Below are positions 36,736 through 48,100 of a stretch of DNA of 64,000 nucleotides, piece after piece. The DNA comes from Paraspadella gotoi (Eukaryota > Animalia > Chaetognatha), in assembly GCA_051294375.1 (NCBI GenBank), contig CM119265.1, positions 8,998,772-9,062,771 on the forward strand, written 5' to 3'. How positions within the stretch are numbered: the first letter of the stretch is position 1; the number at the start of each line of letters is the position of its first letter. The notes beneath the pieces are model-generated. The model was not told the DNA's origin. It made no database searches and saw only the letters and a list, made by a program, of their open reading frames with translations. A program made the translations under genes and the position numbers.

Positions 36736-38000
36736 ATGGGCAAAGGATCCGGAATGGGTCATCGCCGATGGAACTGGCACTGGGTTCAACCGCCTCACGA
36801 ATATTCGACCATGATCGTCCCCGTTAATTCCCTCTTCAACTACGAATACTGGAAACTTTACTGGAATCAGGTTTTTTTTTTAAATCGAGGTGGAGTTTGA
36901 AAAAGGGCGGGATTTTTAATCCAGGATCTGAATTCTCGTTTACGTTGAAATCGGATTAAATCGATTTAATCCGAAAAACGAGTATTACGTACGACGTTCG
37001 AGTTCAACTTTGACGTGACGATGACGAGGACGCCTTGACATCTAGGCTCAGGAGTGTCTAAAAGGCAAACAGGGCCGAGGTTCACCGGCTAGTCTTAGTC
37101 ATAGACAAAATAAGGTAACTGGCTTAAATTGTGACCCTGGGATGAAATCTTTCGACTGGTCTACCCCCGCAAAGAAGTCACATAACGAAAGTCCCTATCA
37201 AACTGAACAGGAAAAGTAGATGACAGCGACGACGAGAATGACGACGATATCGAAGCCACGTTCTTTTGTTCTACGACGTTTAACGAGTTTGACGAGAATT
37301 CGAAATCCCATCGTCTTGAGTTTGACATCATTGCTTTGATTTTTTTTATTGTTCCTTTCATTTATTTTTATTTTTTAATAGTAGGTAACGCAACCCTCTA
37401 TGAGAATAATCCTAAAGGGGACAAACTTCTTTTTCTTTCCAGTATTGCAACGTGCATCCTGTCACCAAAGTTCTGCCGAGTTTGAACACGAACTGGACCG
37501 TGCCGAAAAAATGGAATCCTTTCAAATGGAGGTAAACATCATCCTTTAAATGGTTTTTTCGTTGAAAATTATATTAAACAGGAGTCGATTTCAGTTAGAT
37601 TACCCAATTCCCAATACCCATTAAGAATGATAATTTTTCAAAAAATTAATTTTAGAACGAAAAACTTGTAAAATTTAACAGAAGCTCGCACACATTCTAC
37701 ACAAATACCCACATACAAATAATTGTCTAATATTATATAATATTCGATGATTTTCACTGTTTGATACGTAAGTAATACGTTAGTAATATTTATCCTTTCC
37801 CCTTCCTTCACTACCCTAGATCCGTGACGGTCTCCCCCCACCACCAGCGCCAAATCACGCGACTCCACGAGCCTTCGGGACTCGAGTTTCGTCAGAAGCT
37901 TCGCTCCCGTCACGTGACCGATTTCCAGAGTCTATCCGGAGAAGACGCCGTCCGCGACGCCAGGATGCGGGCGCGGGAGATCGGGCCCTACCGGAAGTAG
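36736..38000 (+). CDS. Putative three-exon, 134-aa Trp-rich basic protein of unknown family
   Basis: Exons 36736-36870, 37443-37531, 37820-38000 join with compatible phases (0, 2) into ATG..TAG: MGKGSGMGHRRWNWHWVQPPHEYS..YWKLYWNQ/YCNVHPVTKVLPSLNTNWTVPKKWNPFKWR/SVTVSPHHQ..EIGPYRK*. GC3-rich last exon. First donor is weak (GTTTTT). Confidence 0.5.
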
Positions 38001-39683
38001 AAGGGGGACGTAGGGCACGAGGGGTTGGAGGGGCGCGTCGCCTCGGTGGAGCTGTATGGCGCCAGTGCAGGGGATCTACTTACTTAAATGGGATACACGG
38101 TGGAAAGCTCGCTTCAAGTACAACAAAACAACAACAATATCAACGGACGGCAAGAACGGCAAAAACAAGATGGAAAACATTGAAAGCAGCAACCGAAAGA
38201 TAAGATTTTCATTGGCGACGTCTACTTCATCTAAGCACGCCAGTTCCCTTTCGAGAAAACATTGCAGCTGAACCAACGACGTAGGAAAAACAACAATAAG
38301 ACGAACGAACTCCCTACCCCCTCAATGTCCACCTCCGTTTTCAACCCACCTTTACCAACCCCCTCTCCTCCCGCGGGCGACGGCTGACTCAACGCCCCAT
38401 CTCTCCTCTTCCGCCGGAGGGGGAGGGTCTCTCTTTGGGTCCTCGACTACGAGTCTCGAGCATGGAATCGCATGGTTGTTACATGATTAGCGGGAAAAAA
38501 TGGGAAAACGGAAAAAAAATCCTTGAAAAGATCATCGTTTCGCCTGTTCTTTTTTTTTTTCTTTTTCTTTTTCTTTTTAAAATCAAATCTTTTCATAATT
38601 CGCCGATGTTCCTAACTGCTAGCGCCGCTTGTTAATTTTGTTAGTCATTTGTTTGTTAATTTATTTTCCGGTTTGTGTCTTCGTTTTCGTGGTTTCGTAT
38701 TTGAATATGCAAGAAGTAAAAAAAACGTGTAAATGTCGAATTAAATTAATTTGATATCGAAGCGAAATTAGGGGTTCGTGCGTAAGAAATGTTTAGCTAA
38801 TTGCGGCGGCGACTTTCAATGGCATTCGCGTGATTTGCGGGCGAGGAATCTTCAATCTCATAAAATCTCATAAAGATGGATGCGGTCAGTTGGATCGACT
38901 GGCCGAGAGACCGGAGCCGATATTTATCTCGATATGTCATAAACTTTGAAGTTTGTTAATAGCTTGATATCTAGAGAGGCGACCCGGGAATGCGCGGCTC
39001 CGCAAAGAGACAGCGGCAAAAGAATTTCGGAGGAAGAGCGTACTTTTGTCGCGAGTCAAAAACGCGAAAGAATTAAAGAAAAGAAAAACGATTCGGCCGC
39101 TTCCTCTTCCTCTTCCTAATCTTCTCCTTTCGTTAATTCTTCTTCCCCCCCTTCTTCTCGCGATCGGCCGGGGGGGGGGGAATTCGTCAGGAAAGGAGGA
39201 TCAACGGTTCTTGTCTCACGCTTCGTTTGACTACGAATGAAAAGAAGGGGAAGAGTTCGATCTGTCGCGGGATGAATGGAATTGTTTATCGGATCGATTC
39301 AATCACGCCGCTCGTTTATGAATAGGAGTTATGAATACCAGAATCTGAACTGTAGTTTATAAAGATAAATACTATCTTGCATAAAAATTAAATGCTAAAT
39401 TAATTTATTGATATGCGAATGGCGGAAACGGTGACGTAAACATGCTGGAATTTTTCATAGTCAATTTTTGATAAGCGGAGATCAATAAAAAGATATTTTT
39501 TCCCCGACCATAATTGAACTGTCAATAAAATCCTTTACTTTTAGTTGACTTAGAAAATTGAAAAAAACCAATTTTGAATAGCGATAAAAAATGATTAGTG
39601 CGCATTGACTATTGAGAATATTGAGATGGAGAAGATCAATCGGTCAATCAATCTCAGCTCAAAGAAGAACGATTATCAACGAC

Positions 39684-39816
<133 letters not shown>

Positions 39817-40369
39817 CAGAGAGAGAGACAGAGACAGAGAGAGAGAGATCAGCGACAAAGATCTTCGGTGGCTCCAAGCTGAGGGATATGATAAAAAAAA
39901 TTGATTTGAAAAAAAAAATTGATGAAGAGCGAACAATGATAAGGAAAATGATAAAGAGTGGGAAAAATTGAGATGACATTTTGAGGAGCGGGAAACAAAA
40001 GGGAAAAAGTCGAGAGGGAAAAATCGTTTACTAAATGACATTAGCCTCTGCCGGAGGAAAAAAAAAGTTTTGCTTTCCATTATTTGGCTGAAATAAGCTT
40101 ATTGGATTTAGAAATCTTAAAATACATGCGAATTTTTATGTATGATATTGAAAGTCAAATAAGAATAAAAAAAGTTGTTTTTAAAATACAAACATGAGAC
40201 CGAATTAAACTTTTCATCTCATCCCTAATTTCAAAGGGAGAGTTTGGAATTGGGGGGGGGGAGAAGGGGAGAGAGAAAGAGTGAATCTCTCAGGCTGAAG
40301 TGAATATCCCACCGGGAATCAATTCGGCGAGCCATCACCACAAGGCGTAATATTTGCGCATATTCGTTA

Positions 40370-40463
<94 letters not shown>

Positions 40464-41775
40464 ACTATTTAAAGTGGCTTGATACGATTTGACGATGACG
40501 TAAAAATCTTGTCTTCGGCAACGCCATCGTCGTCGTCGTCGTCGACTCTATCGTCGTCGTCATCATGCTTGTACCTTTTCGTCGTCGTCATAACATCGTC
40601 GTCGTCGTCGTCGTCGTTGATGTCCTCGTCGCTTCTGCTTCTGGATTTCGTTTTCCGCGTTTCATTTTTTTTTTTTTGCGGATTCTCAAAGAAGAAGAAA
40701 ATTAATCCAAATAAAAACAACTTAACGACAAATTTCAGCGATTTTTTTTTTTTTTTTACTGGCGCATAAATATTAAACATAAAGTGACATTCCGAATAAC
40801 ATTATATGAAGATTTCTAAAATTTTTGCAAGTTATTATTTGTCTAGAGGAAAAAAACGGTCCTAAAATATCACGTTTTCATGAATTTGTTTAAGCCCATC
40901 AATCCGATCGTTTTAGCGAAATAAGTAAAACAAATTTAGAAAAACGACCTCGGAGAAGCAAATTTGACACGAAAATACATTAGCAAGTAAAAGTGTAAAT
41001 TTCCTCGTCACTCTTAAGAAAAAGTATTAATTTAGCTTAAAACGATTACGGTCTCCGCTTCCCTCCCGCTTCTTTTCGAGTCCCACGCCGGGAGAGGCAG
41101 AGTTCATTTTTCTTTCTTGAAAAGATAAAAAAAATCTTTTTCTCTCAAATATTTAAAAAAAAAAGGTCAGTTGCTGATTCAGACGACGGAGGATTTTAAT
41201 CACTGCATTGCACAAGGATGCAATATCATTAACAAATCGAAAAGCATTTTATTTAATAGGCAAAACAAAAATCGCCCGATTGCCGGCAAAAGTACTTACT
41301 CTTATACTACGCGGAAAATAATATTACTATAAAACATAAATAAAAGAATAAATTAAATCGAAAAACCATTTATGAATATTTAGCCAAAACTGCTTCGGCT
41401 CGCGCCCGGCGCAAGTCTTTCCCATCATCTGATCGCTAATCGGATTTACGCCTTTTTTTCCCCAAACAGGAAGAGACGGACGTTTTTTTTTTTCGAAAGA
41501 AAAAAAGAAATCGGGATCGAGAATAATAAATAATTTTCTTGACACCCGAGACCCGCGATCTCCGACCGGGGTGACGAGCGTCTTCGCTCCCTAAAAAGAG
41601 AAACGTATTCACTCTTGGGTCCTCACACTGGACCTATCTCTATCTTCACACTTCAGACCATCTCAGAAAAATATTTCAATCGTGAAAAAGTTTCACTCTT
41701 GACTTTTCGACGCCGTCGAGGTCATCAACTCCCAAAGAGCTTTGTAATTTGCCACGCCCCAAAATTCCGCCAAAA

Positions 41776-42981
41776 ATGGCGTCTTGCGGCGCGTGCGCGC
41801 GTTGTCAATACGCGACGATGTTCCCTGACTCGCAAATGGTCGGCTTCATCGCCTTCGCCACCGACTGCGCGCGGCAGCGTCGCAGTGGCAGTGGCAGCGG
41901 CGAAGCGGAAGAAGCATTGACGACGCCGCCGCCTCCGCCGCAATTTTCACCGAGTTCACCGCCGCCGCGGTCTCCTCCTCCGATTTCTCCGCCGCCTCCA
42001 CCGCCCGGTTGGGAGGACGGCGCCCCTAGCCCACCTCCGCCGCTCATTTTCCAACGCCCGTCCTCCACGCCCTCCACCGCTGACTCTCCACCGCTCGTCG
42101 TTCGACGCCGCCCGTCGTGGAGACTCAAGCGGCCTCTGTCGATGCGTTCGCCCACGTCGAGCGTTTCTCCCGCCACAACCGCCTCACCCACTTCCCCACG
42201 CCCCCTGTCTTTCTCTCCACGCCCCTCTTCACCTCCCACTTTTCCCCCCATCCCCCCATCCTCTCCATCGCGACGTCGCCCGCTCTCTGAGGTCTTCTCG
42301 CGCCTCCAACGCCCGACGCCGCTCGGCGACGATGGCGCCGGGGACGCCACCGACGAAACTCGCGGCGCGGTCATGACGACGCCGGATTTCCTCGGCGCCG
42401 AGTGGCGTCGCTCGATCATGGTAGCCGAGGAACTTCCGGCGCCGAGAGGGGAGATTCGCTTTTCCTCTTTTCGGCCAACGACGCCGACGAAATACGAAAT
42501 CGCGCCGGTTGACACCACCGACGACGGCGCCGAATATCGCCAGCGGCTGCAATACGCGTCGACGACGCTGTTGGGGCCGAGATTATCAGCTACGGCGTCA
42601 GCGGCTTCGGCGGCGTCCCCAGCCTCGACGTCGTCGCCCTATTATTCCTCGGTCCGACAAAGCGTCGATCTCGAGGAAAGCCGAGACATTAATTCCGACT
42701 TCGACGTCTATTCTCGACCGGGTGTAACCGAGAACAAGCTAGACCAAAACGTCACTCCGGATGAAAGTGCCGAACCGCTAGACTCGACGGTAAACCCGGA
42801 TGAAACCGAAGAACCCGTGGAGTTGGACACGAGCGAAGAGAAGTTCTTGCTCGACCTCGGAACGGAGACCGAGGACGGCGACGAGATCTTGGAGAGCGTC
42901 TACAAGACTCTGGAGAAGTACAACGTCATGCCAAAGATCAATCCCGACTTCTTGTTGGAATCAAGGGTCGAGTTTAAGTGA
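41776..42981 (+). CDS. Intronless ~401-aa proline/serine-rich protein with N-terminal CxxCxxC and acidic C-terminus
   Basis: 1.2-kb GC-rich ORF in AT-rich flanks, start context AAAATGGCG, exon-like codon usage. The stop overlaps a GTGAGT, so further splicing cannot be excluded. No family recognised. Confidence 0.65.
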   Translation: MASCGACARCQYATMFPDSQMVGFIAFATDCARQRRSGSGSGEAEEALTTPPPPPQFSPSSPPPRSPPPISPPPPPPGWEDGAPSPPPPLIFQRPSSTPSTADSPPLVVRRRPSWRLKRPLSMRSPTSSVSPATTASPTSPRPLSFSPRPSSPPTFPPIPPSSPSRRRPLSEVFSRLQRPTPLGDDGAGDATDETRGAVMTTPDFLGAEWRRSIMVAEELPAPRGEIRFSSFRPTTPTKYEIAPVDTTDDGAEYRQRLQYASTTLLGPRLSATASAASAASPASTSSPYYSSVRQSVDLEESRDINSDFDVYSRPGVTENKLDQNVTPDESAEPLDSTVNPDETEEPVELDTSEEKFLLDLGTETEDGDEILESVYKTLEKYNVMPKINPDFLLESRVEFK

Positions 42982-44762
42982 GTTGGATATTATTGACCAT
43001 TATATTAATTACTATCATATTATGATACTATATTTCGCATCAAATTGAAAACCCGAAAAGTCATTCGTCCCCCAAAAAACTAAAGATGAGTATTTCGCAG
43101 AATTTAAAATTCTTCAAATATCAAAATATGATTTAGATAACTTTTTAAACTGATTTATAAAAATATTTTGATTTAATTAAGGCCGCTTCGGGCTCCCTTT
43201 CAAACACACGTGTAAAACGATGATTTGGTGCTACGACAAAAGTGGGTCGCTTTCGGATTCAAGGTGCTTTACTTCACTTCACTTGAGTGAAGTTGAGTAG
43301 TTTAGATGGAGAATAAACGGAAAGCAGAACAAACTGAAAATTCGAACTGGTCAAGCCGCATGTAGATCACACCTTAGTTCAATTAACTCAGAGCTATTTC
43401 CGCTTAGCGTCTCGCTTTATTTTGCTTTTCTCTGTTTTCTGTAACTATTACTGTAATCTCTGTTCCATGTTAAATTATTAATCGAAAACAGATTTTTTTA
43501 AATTTATTTAAGAATTAAGTGCGAGTTAACACAATCGAACAAGAAGTTAAAAAAGTATTGCGTCATATGGATAGAATTTCACTTATGTCAAATTTTAGCC
43601 TTTAAAACATTTAGTTAATTTTATTTGATATTTTCAAAACATACGTGCTTCAATGTCGACACACAATCTTGTAGTTTTGGTTTGCAAAGTAGTAAAGCAA
43701 AAGTCTGAATGGAAACGAGGTACAATGAAATATCATTTAAAAATCAAACGAAAGTAATCTGTCGATATAAAAACATTAAGGAAAATAAATCGTATTCATT
43801 CGTGCCAGAGTCTCAATAGACGTAACCGGTTCCAAAAAAAATATAGTATTTGTGTTTCGAAACCATAATATTCGAAAAAAAAACAAAACGCACAATGAAA
43901 AAAAAACAAAATATTGAGGGGGACAGAAAATGGAGTCAAACTACTTCTACTTAAAATTGAAAAAAAAAACCTTTATCGCGTGGAATGTATTTTATTATGT
44001 ACTACACGCTACTTTAAAGCCACTATCATAAAAAAAATATATAAAAACTAACTGAAATGAAAAAAAAATAAAGAGCGAACTTCTTCGGTATTAAAAGTGC
44101 GGTGAAGATTAATCAAAGATTTAATTCATGAGCGAAAAAAAATTAATCGCGCGAACAAAATAGCAACGGACGATGGCACTCACAGCTTAGTAGGGTCCAT
44201 TAAAAAACCCTTTCCAATTGGGTTGCTTTTTTGATTTTTTTTAGAGAGATAATATATATGCGAGCAAAATGTATAACACATTCATCGTAAAGAATATTAT
44301 ATAAATCTCTTAATAATATAATGCACGATTATTCAACGAAGAAGGGCGCTATGGCCTTGAACAGTAATAAGATGGTATTAATAATCGTAATAATTTCCGT
44401 TATATCACAAAGTACGAACAAAGTGGGAGGGAGAATGATTCTGCGAAACACTGTACGAAGAATAACTTTATAACAAGTTTACTTTTCTTTTTAAAGATGT
44501 TACATATAGAAGTATATTTAGTGTTAACTGATCGGAAGCGAATAACTTCACAGCTATTATGACTACTAATACGTTAGTAAAAGTAAATACATACGAAAAG
44601 AGGTAAAAAAGAAACTTTTTGAAGAGCTAGAGACGTTAGAACAGAAATTAAAAAAAATTGCAGAAACGTCTCCTCAAATTACGACTAGCGTATATAAATA
44701 TCGAAATTTGCAGTTAATATGAGATTGTCCGTCGATGAATGCCAATGAAAAAGAACCCATAA

Positions 44763-44808
44763 CTTAAGCTTAGACTTAAGCTTAGACTTAGACTTAAGCT
44801 TAGACTTA
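44763..44808. repeat. Short CTTAAG/CTTAGA hexamer array
   Basis: About eight mixed units CTTAAG/CTTAGA, also present in the duplicate copy near 50748-50802. Confidence 0.8.
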
Positions 44809-45104
44809 CGGAAGAAAAGAAAATTGCTCTCCCTAATAATGTCGACTCAGTTAAATTTGTTTATAATCCCGAAAAGAAAAGAACAACGCAATGAAATTTC
44901 AAAAAAGTTCGTAAATGATGCATGGAGATCACGTTTTCGTGCGGGATAGAATTTTAATAACCGAAAGACCCGAAAGTTCACCTTTAATTTTTTTTTTTTT
45001 TTACCGTTGAAATTCAACGAGTTGTATATTTATTTTTTGCTTTGGAAAAAAAAGAGCAGCACCTTTCATCCCGGTAACGAACCCACAAAACCCCCGAGCG
45101 CTTT

Positions 45105-48100
45105 TCACTCGAGATTGTCGTAGTCGAGCAGCTCGAGGTAAGTCGTCGGCACCTTACCCGACTTGGACCCGCGTTTCGCCATCATCCAATCGGCGCCGAA
45201 TCCGGGGACGGAGTACACGTCGATGATCTGATTGGTTACGAAGTTGCGTTTAAAATGTATCAATGTTATAAAATAGTGGTTAATTTTAAATATAAGTTCA
45301 TTCATAAATAATATAGCAGAGTAGCTTGTGGTTCATTTCAATCAATCCCATTTACACCATCTAAATTTACAACTCTCTCATTCACATATTGTAGCAGTTT
45401 AGATTATTTCTTGTATCTTTTTATTCTATTTTCCTAAAAGTTTTATTTTACTATTTCAGGGATATTTATTAAGTTTTTACTTAAACCAACACATAACCAA
45501 TATACAGATGTGGTCAAAAAAAGTTTAAACTTTGAACCCCCTACTATCTCATTTGTTTGTCATCCTATTAATTAAAACTTGGGTTTATTTAAAAGTTAAC
45601 GTTGCTTTCTTTTTATACTTGATATTTTTTTGGTTTATAAAAAAATTGAATTTGAATGTTCTTGACTATTATATTGTATACTTTCTTATGAATTAGTTCA
45701 TAACATTTTATTCATGAGTTTATTTAAACGTTAATATCTTTTGTTTTTGTTAAATTATAATAGTTTAGTTTTTACTTGTTTACCGCTTTCTAATCTTTTA
45801 CACTGATACTGTTTCTGATTTTGTCAATACTGTTTTTGATATTAATAAAAAAAATTTTAAAAAAGATAAAAAACTTTAATTAAAGCCTATGGCGAGGTTT
45901 TTAGGCCAAATATTATAAAAGCTGTGCTAAATAATAAACGGATCTGAAATTCTGTTTAGACTTTTTTTTTTTGCGTAAAAAATTTTTTATCCATTTTTAT
46001 TTTTTGTGTTTTTTCACCATGGAAACTTCAAAACAGTTAAACCCTAAAAAGAAAGCTGCAATTATTAAGCTTTGGAAGGCGTGTTTGTCAAGATATAGGA
46101 TCGCAAAACAGTTGAATTTCTCTCCTACCACCATTTGCAGTTGTCAATAAATTTGAAACAACTGGAAACCTTGGACGAGCTGTTGAAAGTGGGCGACCTC
46201 GCAGGTCCTGGGAAACCTAGAACAATAACCTGGTAAATCACGAAATTCAAAAATGGAGGGCTCCTGCAAACCAGATGAAAAAAAATAAAGAAAGAGGAAT
46301 TGTAGCCAGTCGTTCACTATTGAAAGATGGCTTTTCATACTGAATTGAGCTACTGGAAATGAGGCCAAAGCTACCCACTCGCTTGACTGCATCATCATCG
46401 AAAACGTCTGGTCAAGGATAAAAAAGGATATTTCGCAGTACAACGCCACGACAGTCGACGAAATAAAAAAAATTGTAAAATGTATTTGGCGGGAGCTGAA
46501 CCCTTCGTATTTGCGCAGCCTCTACGACTCTCTCCCTCGTCGCATGGAAGCGGTGCTGGAAGCAAATGGTGGTCCGACAATGTATTAATTAACCGAGTCC
46601 TAAAAAATATTTTTCTTCGAATAGCAAAATAAAATGCTTTCGTCATAACTATTAAACTTTTTTTTTTGACCACATGTGTACAATATATTAAATGTCCCTC
46701 CCGCTATAATAAAATTATAAATTGATGAATCAATCGATCAATCGCCGCTGACCTCGTCGGCCTGGACGTTGAGCTCGGACTCATCGGCGGCGTCAAAGTC
46801 GTAGAGGACGCGCGCGCGTTTCACATCCTTTTTGGACGAGGAAGACGACGACGTCGGCCCGCGGGTCGGAGAGTCCAGGCTCGAGAACGCGTTCGACGCC
46901 AGGCCTTGAGGGAGGAGGCGGTGAGTTTAGGGTGAGGTTAAGAACGACACTTTAATTAAGCTATCAAAGTCAAAGCTCAAATGCAAAATTTGTAAAGTTT
47001 AGTTGGTTTTTTATGAAGCTCAAAATTAAAATCTCTACTTGTTTTGTTTGTTTGTTTTTTTTTTTTTACGCTGAAAAAAACTTTTTTCCTTTCTTATCAA
47101 AAATCTGATTTTGGATAAAAAAAAGTTCATTTTGAAAACAAAAAAAAATTTCATTGGGATATTACTGTGATAATTGTATTTGGTACAATGTGCAATTGTG
47201 CATCCGTTCCCCAAAGGCCTTACAATATGATTATCTGATAAATTTTTTTGATTTCCGAAAGCTTCATTCTATCATCCCATTCCATCCTATCTTAAACGCT
47301 CTCTCCTACCGAAACCGTTGCTTGAGATCAAGTCGTTCGTCGGGATGTTCGTCGTTCCGTTGGTCGTGCTGGCAAGAATAGGGTTCAGATTACTGCCGCC
47401 AGGGGTGTGCGGTCCCGAGGCTGGCGTCAGGCTGAAACAAAATATCAGCTTATTGATTTCAACGTAATTAATTTTTATTGAAAAAAAAATTTGATTTTTA
47501 ACTCTAATTACGTATACTTAAGTCGATTATCATTATTATAAATCCTTAATACTGCTGAATTGATAATGAATGAGAACGGTACCGATTAACTCACTTTCCC
47601 AACTGTCGCTGAAGGTCGAGCATGTACTGGTGGCACTGAGCGTGGAACTGGACTTGAGCCTCCACGAAGTCGTTTAGGCATCGCAAATGATGCGCCTGAG
47701 AGAGAGAGAGAGAGAGNNNNNNNNNNNNNNNNNNNNNNNNNNNNNNNNNNNNNNNNNNNNNNNNNNNNNNNNNNNNNNNNNNNNNNNNNNNNNNNNNNNN
47801 NNNNNNNNNNNNNNNNNNNNNNNNNNNNNNNNNNNNNNNNNNNNNNNNNNNNNNNNNNNNNNNNNNNNNNNNNNNNNNNNNNNNNNNNNNNNNNNNNNNN
47901 NNNNNNNNNNNNNNNNNNNNNNNNNNNNNNNNNNNNNNNNNNNNNNNNNNNNNNNNNNNNNNNNNNNNNNNNNNNNNNNNNNNNNNNAGAGAGAGAGAGA
48001 AAAAGTGATATAATTACACTGGAGAAAAATGGGGAGTGGAAAGGAGAGAGTAGATAGAAAAGGAGACAGGAGATAGAAAAGGAGAGAGNNNNNNNNNNNN

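Noticed and set aside
37040-37330. Extra exons of the orphan gene (e.g. ending AAG/GTAACT at 37114; acidic DDSDDENDDD stretch)
   Set aside because: Could not place them in a consistent frame with confidence; left unannotated.
41805-42552. Long antisense ORFs (237 and 107 aa)
   Set aside because: Low-complexity shadows of the proline-rich plus-strand ORF.
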